The notes under the pieces were generated by a model. The model was given only the letters and a program-made list of their open reading frames with translations. It was not told where the DNA came from and searched no databases. DNA of 64,000 nt from Cyanophora paradoxa CCMP329. Its lineage: Eukaryota; Plantae; Glaucophyta. The DNA lies in the NCBI GenBank assembly GCA_004431415.1, contig QPMI01000038.1, positions 248,001 through 312,000 on the forward strand, written 5' to 3'. A program made the translations under genes and the position numbers. This document shows, piece by piece, positions 47,836-59,082 of this stretch. The first letter of the stretch is position 1. Every line of letters starts with the position of its first letter.

Positions 47836-47999
47836 AGCCTTCAGAAGCCTGGAACGGATCGCCTGAAGAGCGCAAAGTGCCAATTTTGCGCTCAGCTGCT
47901 TCCGCGGTCCCGGGCTGAGGAGCGCTGACCTTTGCCGCGAAGTCGACGGGGGTACGGGTCAATCAAGACTCTGCTGGGCAGCCCAGCGCCCCTGCCAGC

Positions 48000-50900
48000 A
48001 TGCGGAGCGGCTCGTTCGCCTTGTTTGCGTGCGCGGCCTTCGCGCTGCTCCTGGCGGCGCTGGCGAGCGGGAGCGCCGGGGACCGCAAGATCGAGCGCAC
48101 CGATCCCCGCGTGCGCGTCTCGCGTGCGGCATCGTCAGTCGGCGGATTGCATCATGTAGTTCACGAACTGAAGATCGACGCCAGCTTGGACCGGGTGCGG
48201 TAGCTGCCGCCGGCGGTATACGCTTCGACGCTGATCCACACCGACGGCCGGCGCCGCGCGCAGGAGGCGCCGCTCGCGGGACTCCTGAAGCGCGTCGGCG
48301 CTATCCTGAAGCGTGGCACAGGCGGTTTGGCGACCGCGGACGACGCGGCGGGCGAGAACTGGCCGTGGCCCCGCCCGTGGGGGCCCAAGCGGAAGGAGCC
48401 AGACCCCGACTGCGCCATCACAGACAAGGATCGCTTCTACCGATTCGTCCCGAAGCTCGCGGCGTCCCTCTCGCTGAGCAACGGGAGCGTGGGCTCGGGC
48501 CAGGCCGCCAGCTGGCCCACGCGCTGCTTTCCCGCCACCACGGCGAGCGCCCGCGTCGAGGGCGCCGACCTCGTCGTCACGATCACAGCGCTCAGCGAGA
48601 AGCCGCCGCCGCCGCCGCCGCCACCTCCTGTCCTGGCATCGGCCTCCTCGAGCTCCCGTGCGCTCCGCTCCGCTCCGCCCGTCCCCTCGCCCTGAGAAGC
48701 CTGGCGCGTGCAGATCTGGAGGGCGCGGGCGCGCGGCTGCGCGGGAGTGCGCGCCCGGAGGAGGCGGGGTGGCCGTGGCCGTGGCCGGGCGGCTGCGAGG
48801 ATATGTATCTCGTGGCCACCACGCTCTTCTGGCACCCCGTCAAGGCCCGCCCTTGCGCACCTCAGCTCCAGCCTGAGATTTGATCCGCGCGCGATTTGAC
48901 CCGGATTCGATCCGGGCCCTAGATTTGATCCGCGCCGGCGCCCCAGCTCCAGCCCGAGATTTGATCCGCGCATAATTTGACCCGGATTCGATCCCGGCCC
49001 CGGCGGGCAGGTGGAGGGCCCCGGGACGCACGAGGTGCGGGTGGCCGGCGCGGCGGCGGCCGAGGTCGCGGGGGGTACCGACGCCGTCCACGTCTTCCGC
49101 TTCTGCGACGGCCAGCTCGGTGTGTACCCCTTCCGCTCAGCTCCTCTGCACCCTAAAGCTCTCGCCAGGGACCCTCATCGGCATCCTTGAGACGATTCGG
49201 GCGCGTGGGAGGGCCCCTGACTTTCAAGGTCCCCCCCCGTCCACTTTGTGCCCCTCTTACCTCTCACCGCAGCTGTTCAACGGCGGGCGGGGGGTCGGGG
49301 AGAAGGCGCACGTGACCCCCGACATGGTCCGGACAAACCTCGCCTTCCTGAGGCGCGTACCCCCGACTCCCCGCCCCTCTCCTCTCTCACCTTAGGCCAG
49401 GGACCACATGAACTGGGACCCGCTGCCGCGGGTGGCCCCCGCCGTGTCCGTGGACCCGGCGCTGGTGCGCAGCGGGGACGCCATCGTCGCCCTACGCCTC
49501 GACGGCCTCGACCCCCTCATCATGCTCGGCCCGCCCCTGCCCCGCCGCACACTTCCTGCGGCCCTTCGAGCTGAACCCCGTACCCCGCCGCAGGGACGGG
49601 GGCGTACACGGGCCACGCGGCGGCGGCCCTCTGGATCGACGGCGCCCTCCACGTCGTCGAGTCCCAGGCGCGCGCCGTACCCCGCTTCCTTCCCCGTACC
49701 CCCGCTGAACCGGTACCCCCCGGGCTGCGGGCAGGCGGCGTGGTACTGGCCGACCCCGCACGGCGTAATCGCGACGCCCTGGGACCAGGCGCGCCCCGTA
49801 ACCCGGCGCGCCTCGTCCCCTCCTCTCAGCCTCTCCTCGCCCGCAGTGGATGAGGCAGGCGGCGGACGCCGACTTCGCGGTGGCGCTCCTGCCCCTCTCC
49901 GAGGCCCGCGCCGCCGCCTTCGACGAGAAGGAGGCCCGTACCCCCCGCGCCCCTCCTCCCCCACCCTCTGAGAGGAAAGGCGGCAGGCGGTGGCGTGGTT
50001 CGAGTCGGTGCGGGGGGCGCCCTACGGGTACCGCAACTTCCTCTTCGGGTGGGCGCACGAGAGCCCAGCCCTCGAACTTCGTTCTAGAGCCAGAGCCTAA
50101 CAACTTCGTTCGCAGGTGGGTGGACACGGAGCGAGAGAACCTGCCGCGGCCGCTCTCCCCCGAGCTCCTCGCCGCCGCCTTCGCCCTCCTCGACCGCCTC
50201 CGCCCCGAGGTCGCCGACCTCATGTGGCTCCAGGCCCTCAACAAGCGTCCGCCCGCCCCGCGCCGCCACCCTCGCCCCCCCGGCCCCCCAACCCCTTGGG
50301 GCAGGGCTGGGGACCTCGGGCCTGCGGACGCACGAACTGTACGCGCTGGCGCGGGAGCGCGGCCTCTCCTTCGGCCAGCTCCTCGCCGGTCCGCCACGCG
50401 CCCCGCCCCGCCCCGCCAGAAGGAGGAGAAAAAGAGCACGCTTAGATCTACATCGAGTCCGGCCCGAATAATCCCCCCCGCCGCCTCCTCCTCCTCTACG
50501 ATCCCTCCCGCCCGGGTCCCCGACGCTCCCTCCCCCCGCCCCCGCCCCCGCAGTGCCGGAGCGGGACGAGTGGGCGTACAGCGACGGCCCCGCGATGGTC
50601 TGCAGCTCGCTCGTCGTCGCCCTCTGGAAGGCCGGCGGCCTCCTCGGGCCCCTCGCCGACTCCATCCAGGCCCGCCCGCCCTCGAGCCCCCGGGCGGGCG
50701 GGCGAACGGGCGGGCGAACGGTCGCCTTCGTGCGCAGGCGACCGAGTTCCACGACCGGGACCTCTACACCCTCGCCTTCTTCGACGGGGCGGGGGCGCGG
50801 CCCCTGCCCCCCGCCTGCCGCGCCGCCGGCCGCCCCTGGTGCCAGCTCTCCGGAGCGTGCGCCCGCCCCGCGGCCGCCCCGGCCCGCCGCCCCGCTGCCT

Positions 50901-51033
50901 CCTCGAGCTCCCCCGAACACACCGCAGGATCGAGATGGAGCTGCCGGGGTACAACACGATCGAGCCGTACGCGCGCATGGCCGAGCGCTGCCCCTCCGTC
51001 GGGCCCGAGTACCCCCGCCCCGCCGGCTGCTGA
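48000..51033 (+). CDS. Secreted conserved protein with permuted papain-like (YiiX/NlpC-P60-type) motifs
   Basis: Signal peptide. RSGD..RLDGLDPLIM, GHAAAAL..DGALHVVESQ, PYGYRNFLFGWVDT, DGPAMVCSSLV, IQ|ATEF and C-terminal YPRPAGC. Confidence 0.7.
48863..49000. repeat. Intronic tandem duplication with gatttgatccgcg subrepeats
   Basis: cagctccagccYgagatttgatccgcgc...atttgacccggattcgatcc occurs twice. Confidence 0.75.
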
Positions 51034-51264
51034 CCGCGAGGGATCGCATCCCCTGTACCATATGCACAGAGATAGCTCTAATGATGTAAATAAGTGTACT
51101 TCAGGGAAGGGCCGACCTTCGGAATGGAACTGCAACGCGTTCGAAACAGACTGGTGCGGGCGACTGCGACTACAATCTACGTGCGCGGGACCTATCTAAG
51201 CTATCTGTACACAGGGGGAGGGCGCCGGCGCGCCCCGCGAAGCCCGGCCCGGAGCCCTAGGGCA

Positions 51265-52238
51265 TCACTCGGGCTCCCAGTCCCGGGGCTCGTAGGGGGC
51301 GGGAGGGGCCGGCGCGCCCTTCCTGCGCCGCCGGCCCTTTGCGCCGGCGAAGCAGTCGCCCCGAAAGGCCGGCGGGGCGGCCCCTCGGGAGCCGCCCGAG
51401 AAGCCGGGCCGCAGGGCCGCGGCCGCCGCGTCCGCCTCCTCACCGTCCCCCGGGCGGAGGCTGCGCGAGAGGGTCGGCGGGGGCGGGGGCGGGGAGGGGC
51501 GGGGGGTACCGCATCACGGCGAGGGAGGGCCCGGAGCCGGTGGAGAAGAAGACGCGGGCGACGCCGTGGTTCCGCAGGACCAGGACGCACTCGGCGCACG
51601 GCCGCGAGTTCTTGTACACCGGCTCCGGCTCCTCCCCGCCCCCCGCCGCCGCCGTTGCTGCCGCCGCCGCCCTCCGGCCCCGCCGCTCGCACTCGGGGAC
51701 CCCCGGCACGGCCGCCCGCACGACTGGCGCCACCTCAGACGCGGCGGGCGGCCGGTGGGCGGCGGCGGGCGGCGCACCGAAGAGGTCGCAGCCGTGCGCG
51801 CTGCGGCGGGCGGCGCGGGAGAGAAGGGCAGCAGGTTCATAAAACCCGTGACGGGGCTGATGTTGAGCGTGATGAAAAACAGTACAGGGCGGACACCTCC
51901 GCATGCTGCGCCGGCTCCACATGAGGCACGACCGCGGGCACGTGGCGGGAGGGCGGCGACGCACGACGGAGCAGAGGTCCTTCCCCAGGAGGCGGTTGCG
52001 GGAGTGGTTGCAGCCACGGGCGAGGGCCTTGCCGCCGCGGACGAGGACGGCCCCGTGGCGGACCGGCATGTCGCCTGCGATCCCGCCGTCAGGCCGCCGG
52101 CAGCCAGGGAGCGGAAAGGAGCGGCGCACTGCGCATGGCCTCCTCAAGCGCGAGGCGCGAGAAGCGGGCGAGGCGGCCCGATGGCGCCTGGATCTCGGGC
52201 GGCGACGACGACGACGAGTACGAGTTGGGCGAGTACAT
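51265..52238 (-). CDS. Cytidine/dCMP deaminase-like zinc protein (spliced)
   Basis: RHGAVLVRGGKALARGCN, HAEVSAL, GCDLF|VVR and SRPCAECVLVL...VFFST. Confidence 0.8.
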
Positions 52239-52423
52239 CTCTGCTATATCGTTCTGGCGGTTTGGTGCTGTCTAGCTGGGCGGCTGTGGCTGGCCTCCTG
52301 TGATGACGGGTGCTTACGAAGTCAGTACCGAGTATCCCCCTAGGACCTTGCAGAGTGGCATCAGCCAAGGGCCGCGCGGTTCCCACGCGGCACAGGGCGG
52401 CACAGGCAGCACGGCCCGCATGA

Positions 52424-55400
52424 ATGGGTAACGTCGGATCGTGCGAGAGCTGCCTGGTGAAAGCCCTGGTCAGTATCAGCGGACAAGCGCCGGCGTCGAA
52501 GGAAGACAGGGACGACCTCAGCAGCAGCCTCGACACCCCGCTCGATCAGTCGCCTTCGTTCGACAAGAGCTCTGCCGACATCGTACTGCGGCTGCCAGCC
52601 AAGGGCCCTTCTCGATCGGCGTCCGGCCAGAACAAGGATCCCGGCGCGCCGGTTCTGCGGACATCCGCTCCCGCGGGCGAGTCTCCAGAGCAGCAGCGCG
52701 GCCGCCCGGCGTCGCGAGCCTCCTTCGACGACCGCACCGAGCGCTCGGAGGGTGGCACCTCGCGAAGCCCCTCGCCCTACCGCTCGCCCTCGCTCGCCTC
52801 GGCCTCGATGAACGACGACGAGGACGGGGATGGAGGCGATCTGGACCTGGAGCACGTCCCCTCCGCCTCCGTCGGGACCTACGCCAACCTCACGCACCAT
52901 GAGGTCGAGGTGGGCCCCAGCCCGCCCCGAAGGTGGTTCTCGACCGACCCGCCCCCCGCAGGAGCTCGTCGAGCGCTTCAAGAACATGGACTCGAACGGC
53001 GACGGGTGCGGCGCCGCGACGCCGCCGCCGCCGCCGCCGCCGCCCCGGCGGCGCGCCTGACCGGTCCCCCGGCAGGCGCCTCTCGAAGCTGGAGTTCATC
53101 GCGCACTTCGGCAACCAGCAGCTGGGATCCATCCTCTTCGAGGCGAGCGGCCGCCGCAGCGCGCCCGACGCCTCTCCGCCGCCGCTGAGGCCGCCCGCCC
53201 CCGCGCAGGCCTTCGACGCGGACCAGTCGGGCGACGTGGACGTGAACGAGGTGTGTACCTCAACCTCGCGTTTCCCCCCGCGCCGGCCAACGGCGGGGCG
53301 CGCGCGCAGTTCATCTCGGGGCTCGCCGTCCTCTCGAAGGGCTCCCTCGAGGAACGCCTCGAGTTCGCCTTTACCATGTTCGACGTCGACCGCGTGCGCC
53401 CCCGTACCCCCATCCTTCACCTCCCCTTCCCCCACTTCCTGTACCCCTCCGACGCGGCGGTACCCCGGGCGGGCAGGACGGGGAGGTCTCGAAGAGCGAG
53501 ATCCTGAACATGCTGACGAGCGTGACGTCCATCCTCTCGGTGCTGGACCCCCGCAAGCGCACCGACATCAAGAACATCAAGGTCATCGCCGACAAGGTCC
53601 GCCCGTACCCCCCGCCCCCCTCCGGCACCCCCTCGCCCCACCCCAACCTCCTCCCAACTCCCGACCCGCAGCTCTTCGCGATCCTGGACACGGACGGGAA
53701 CGGGTTCGTCTCGAAGCACGAGTTCGCGCACGGGCTCGCCAACAACATGGAGGCCGCCCAGCTCCTGAGTCAGCGCCCCCGCCCCCGCCCCCGCCCCCGG
53801 CGTTCCTTCGGGGGCCGTCTTCCCCGCGTTCTCTCCTCCTGACGGGGGCGCAGCGCTGGCCCCGGCGAACATGGTGGCGCAGGGGGCCAGCAACTCGCTC
53901 AAGGCGCACGGGGCGAAGCTCCCCGTCTCGTGGGGCCACCCCCAGTGGGCCCTCGTCCTCTCCATGATGCTCGGCATCCGCACCGCCGGCGAGAAGGAGG
54001 CAGAGCTGAGGCGCGAGTGGCGCGACGGCCAGCCGCCCCCGCCCGTCACCCTCGGCCGCGCCGCCCTCTCCCGCCGCATCCGCCTCAAGATCAACAAGAA
54101 CCCGATGCTGCAGTCGGCGAGCGATTACTCGTTCGTGGGGTACGCCCCCGAGGTCTTCACCGCCATGCGCGCCCTCCTCGGCGTCGACGAGGCCACCTAC
54201 CAGACCTCCATGGGGCCCTCCCAGGCGCGCCGCGCCGTACCCCCCTCTCCCTCCCCCTCCCCCCGCCCTGCCTGACGCGTACCCCCCCCCCAGATCTTCG
54301 CGCGGCTCCTCCTCGGTGACTTGGCATCCCTGACCGCCCACGGTGCGCCCTCCGGCCCGCCCGCGCTGTACCCCCCCCCTGGCCCGTGCCTCGCGAGCGC
54401 CGCCGGCGGCGCCGGGCGCAGTGTCGGCCGGCAAGTCGGGCTCCCTCTTCTTCCACTCGCCGGACGGCCGCTTCCTCGCCAAGACCATTCCTCGCCGCGA
54501 GAAGGTCCGAGAGAGAGGGAGAAACCGAAGCCGGCCGGGCGGGCCGACCGGGCGCCGAGCCGGGTCCGGGGGCGCGCAGGAGTCGCTGATGCAGTTCCTG
54601 CCGTCGCTCTACGAGTACGCGCACACGTACCGCAACGAGTCGCTCCTCATGCAGATCCTCGGCCTCTACAAGATTAACAAGTGCGCCCGCCCGCAGCTTC
54701 AGCTTCAGCTTCCTGCCCCTCCTCCCTCACCCCTCCCAGCTTCTTCTTCGTGGTGGTGAACAACGTGCTGAACACGCCGAACGAGATCGGGCGCCTCTGG
54801 GACCTCAAGGGCTCCTCCGCGGGGCGCACCTCCCAGCCCTCCGACTACCTCCAGAAGGCGAGCCCGCCCCGCCCCCAGACAACTTCAACGAAACTCTCCG
54901 CTGAGCCGTTCGGCCCGCCCCGCGCGCGCAGGACAACAACCTGACGGAGCCGTTCGACCTTGGGAACCAGTCCCAGCGTGCCTACGACATGGCGCGCCTC
55001 CCGCCCCCCTCCTCCCCCCTCCTCCCCCTGACCCCGCCCGGGCAGCTGGTGCGGGACACGGACCTGCTGGGGAAGCACGGCCTCATGGACTACTCCCTCC
55101 TCGTGGCGCGCCACGCTCCGCCCCGCCGCTCCCTCTCCCCCCCGCCGCCTCGCCCTGAGCGTGCCCCGGCCGCGCAGGGCGTGCACAACATCGTGCCGGG
55201 GCAGTCGGTGGTGCGGGAGACCGACTTCGTCTCCTCGGACGGCAAGACCGCCTACTACATCGGCGTCATCGGCGCGCCCCGCCCCCGCCCCCGCGCCTCC
55301 TCTTCTCGCGGGAAATCGAGTACTACCCCCGCAGACTACCTGACGTACTACGACTTCCGGAAGGGGATCGAGACGTTCGCGAAGGGGCTCTTCACGGACA

Positions 55401-55812
55401 AGAAGACCCTCTCCGCCGTCGAGCCGGGCTTCTACGCCCGCCGCTTCCAGGAGTTCATGGCCAGGTACCTCCCCCCCTCCCTCCCCCTTCTCCTCCTTCC
55501 CCCCTAGATTGCGAATTTCTTCGCCCCGGCCCCCTGGCCTCTCTCGGAGCGTCGCGGCGCTGACGGCCCCTTTCCCCCCCCGCGCGCAGCAAGTTCTACC
55601 CGTACCCGAAGGAGCGGGAGTTCACGCTGCAGCGCCCGAGCTCGGGGCGCTCCTCGCCGGCCCCGGGGCGCCTCTCCCCGGCCCCCTCCGCCATGACCCG
55701 CGCCTCCTCCGGAAACGTCCTCGCCGTGCCCCACTCGCCCTCCCTCGGCCCCCGCGGCTCCCGCGGGCCCTCCCCCTCCGTCTCCCCCTCCCGCCTCCGC
55801 GAGACCCGCTAG
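52424..55812 (+). CDS. PIP5K: Phosphatidylinositol-4-phosphate 5-kinase fused to an N-terminal NCS/calcineurin-B-like EF-hand domain
   Basis: MGNVGSC acylation motif. Four EF-hand loops (DSNGDG, DADQSG, FDVD..G, DTDGNG). Kinase motifs YAPEVF, GKSGSLFF, DLKGS, MDYSLL, YYIGVIDYL and SAVEPGFYARRF. Confidence 0.9.
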
Positions 55813-56144
55813 CAACCCGAGTCTCAGCGCCCGGCCCCCGCCCCTCCCCTCCCTCCTTCATTATGCTAATTGTTCTCGTGCTAATTATAATGCAACCGCT
55901 TCCGGAATGCTCGTGGATCGCCATACACGGGCCTTCTCCCCCTTCGAATGCTTCACATTCTCCCCTCGGTTTTTAAATCTTCCCTAGCTTCCCCCCTCGA
56001 GCTCCCCCCTCTTCCTCACCCCCTTCGAATTCTCCCCATTGCCACCCTCTAGCTCGAAGTCATCTGATTTCCCCTCTCCCCCTCGAGCTCCCTCGCCGCC
56101 CTCCAGTTCCTCCCTTGCAGTCCGCAGCGGCGTCGCGAACGACA

Positions 56145-58772
56145 ATGGCTCGCCGGCAGCTGCTCGCGCTCGTTCTGATCGCTCTTCTGGGCTCGGGCAT
56201 CGATGCCGGCCCAACGACGGCTCAGCGGACGGACCCCGTGTCCGCGGCGAGCGCGAACGCTTATTCCTCGGCGTCGGCGACGGGGGGGCAAGCGTATGCC
56301 GCAGCGTTGGCAGCAGCGTCCGTCATTGGTGCGCGCGGGCCAGTTCCCTTTTTCCGAGGAGCGGAAGCGGTGCGACATAGAGTCCGACCATTCTTCGCGC
56401 GCAGCCGGAGTTTCCCAGGCGCAAGCGCGCGCGGTCGCCTCGGCAGCGAGCACGGCGCTTGCGCCATCGGCAGCGTACGTCACATCCCGCGCGGCAGTGC
56501 GCCAGCGCCGTCGCTGCGAAATTTGATCCGCGCTCCCCGCACTGCGGCAGCCATGTCGCGGCGACGGCGAAGGCTGTGGCGTCGGCTTCTGCCCAAGGTG
56601 TGCATCTAGATCTGTCTTTAAATCGAAAGGATCTGTTTTCGCTGTGCTGATTCGAATTTTGAATTCAAGTGTACAAGTGCGGCGGGGAGTCGGCCGCGCG
56701 TGCTGTAGCGTTCGCGGCAGCCTACGCCCGGGCGGCTTCGGTGTACTCGACGGCTTATGCGAAGGCCTACGCCGCCGCCGTCGCCTCTGGTGAGAACTTC
56801 AGGCTTCATGCAAACACGATCCGAATTTGATCCCGGACATCTGACTCGCAATGCTTGCTGCAGGCGCGTCGCAGGCGCAGGCGTACGCCCTGGCCTACGC
56901 TTCGGCCAGCTCAGCCGTCTCCGGGATTGCCGCTGCCACTGCCACTGCAGCTGCGAGGGCCGTCGTGCAAGCCTACCGAGCCCCGACTCCGCCCCGCGCC
57001 CAGGTGAGATCGGCTCTAAATTTAATGATCATGATCAATTTTCGCACCCCGTGTCATCCGATTTTGCGCTAAACCGTGCCCCATGGCCAGGTCGCTGCGT
57101 CGGCCGAGGCTATCGCGAAGGCCGTCACCACGCCGGGCACCGGAGCGGCGTACGCTTCAGCCTTCGCGGCCGCCCAGGCCACCGGTGCGATCGCCTCGCA
57201 ATTTCTCATCTCTCTCAATGCTCGATTTCTGAGCCTGCGCACGCCCGCTCCAGGCGTCTCGACCGCTGTCGCCACCGCGACTGCTACCGCTGTTGCGAGT
57301 GAGCTCTCGATCGCCCTGGCGCCGGCGCCGGGCAGAGCGATTCGATTTCCCTGATCATGAGCGCCGTCGACGTCTCGCAGCGACGTACTCGGCGAACTCG
57401 CAGGCCATCGCGATAGCCATTGCCATCGCAGTCACGCAGACGTGCCCCGTCAACGGCCGGCGCGCCCTTGCTCTGCGCCCCACGACTCAGCTGCAGCTCT
57501 GCGCACTTGACTCGGCTTCCACGTCGCAGGTCGTACGCGTCGGCCCAGGCGTACGCGTCGGCGCAGGCGGCGGCCGGGCGCGTCCAGGCACAGGCCGCCG
57601 CGCAGGCCCGCGCCGCCGCCCTCGGCGCCGGAGCCACGTCGGTGCGCCCGCGCCCGCCCCGCTCCGCATGCGCCGCGCTTCGCCTGATGCCTCTCGCAGG
57701 CCCAGGCGGAGGCTGCCGCCACGGCCGCCGCCTCGTCCTGCGGGAACGCAGTCGCCGTCGCCACCGCGCAGGCCCGTACCCCTCCTGGCATGTCTAGCTC
57801 GACGCACCCCTCGTAACAGTCTCGCAGGCGGCCGCGACCTACTGCGCGATCCCCGACCCGCCGGCGCCGACGGCCGTGCCAACGCCGTTCGTGCCGACGC
57901 CGCTGCCGACGCAGTACATCCCGCCCACGCCCTGGATCCCCCCGACGCTGCCGCCGGGGGTGACCCTCACGCCGGAGCCCGTCCCCACGTGGGACCTGAC
58001 GGAGCCGACGCCGGCCCCCAGCGACCTCGTCATCATCCCCCTCCTCTTTGCGACGCCGGCCGTCCCCACCGAGGCGGCCGCGACCCCGGCCGTTCCAACG
58101 GAGCAGATCACGCCGGCCGTGCCCACCGAGCAGATCACGCCGGCGATCCCGACGGAGCAGATCACCCCAGCCATTCCAACGGAGCAGATCACGCCGCTGC
58201 CGACGGAGCAGGTCACGCCAGCGATCCCGACGGAGGCCGCCACGCCGGCCGTCGGCGTGTTCCCCACCCCGGAGGTCCCCACCTTCCTCCCCACGCCCGA
58301 GGCGCCCGTGGCGACGCCCGAGGTGCCGCCGGCGACGCCCTTCCCCTCGCCCTTCGAGGGGACCCCCTTCCCGGGGGTCGTCGCCACGCCCGGCCCGGTC
58401 CCCACCGAGGTCGCCCCCTTCGTCACGCCGCAGCCGACGCCCTTCGCCCCCGTCGCCCCCACCGAGTCGGTCCCGCCGGCCCCCACCGAAGCCATTGGCG
58501 CCCCGGCCCCCACCGAAGCGATCGGCGCCCCGGCGCCGACCGAAGTCATCGGGGCCCCCGCGCCGACCGAGGTGCTCCCTCCGCCGGCGCCGACCCAACT
58601 GGGGCCCACCGAAGTGCTCGCCCCGCCGGCGGCCCCGACGGAGGTCGCCCCCGCCGGCCCGGGCGGACCGCCCGTGCCGGTCCCGACCGGCGTCCTCTCG
58701 CCCGTCGGCCCCGCCGGGCCCGCCCCGACCGCCGCGTTCGGCCTCCGCGGCCGCCGCCGCCGCGCCGAGTAG
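56145..58772 (+). CDS. Secreted Ala/Ser-rich + Pro/Thr-repeat (mucin/HRGP-like) surface glycoprotein
   Basis: Signal peptide MARRQLLALVLIALLG. Spliced Ala-rich exons (AYASAFAAAQA). Last exon with PTEQITPA and APAPTE repeats. Confidence 0.75.
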
Positions 58773-59082
58773 GCCCGGATTCCGGACTGCTGGCATTCTA
58801 GATCTGCAGTTGCGACCCGCCGCGCCTTCATTTTCATATATATCAACTTTCTGTCACATTTTCAACTAGATCTAGAGCAGCGTCTCCAGGCCTAACCCAG
58901 AAGACCGCTCATCGGATGCTTGTCGATGGTCCATTCGTAAGTAACGTTTACAGAGCCCCGCTCGATAAATCTCGCAGCGCCCAGTGGCATCCCTGTAGCG
59001 GCCTGTGCATTTGTACAGCTCACAGCGAAATGCATATATCTATTGATGGGGACTCCAGCGCTCCGGATGGGGCGCCTTGGCC

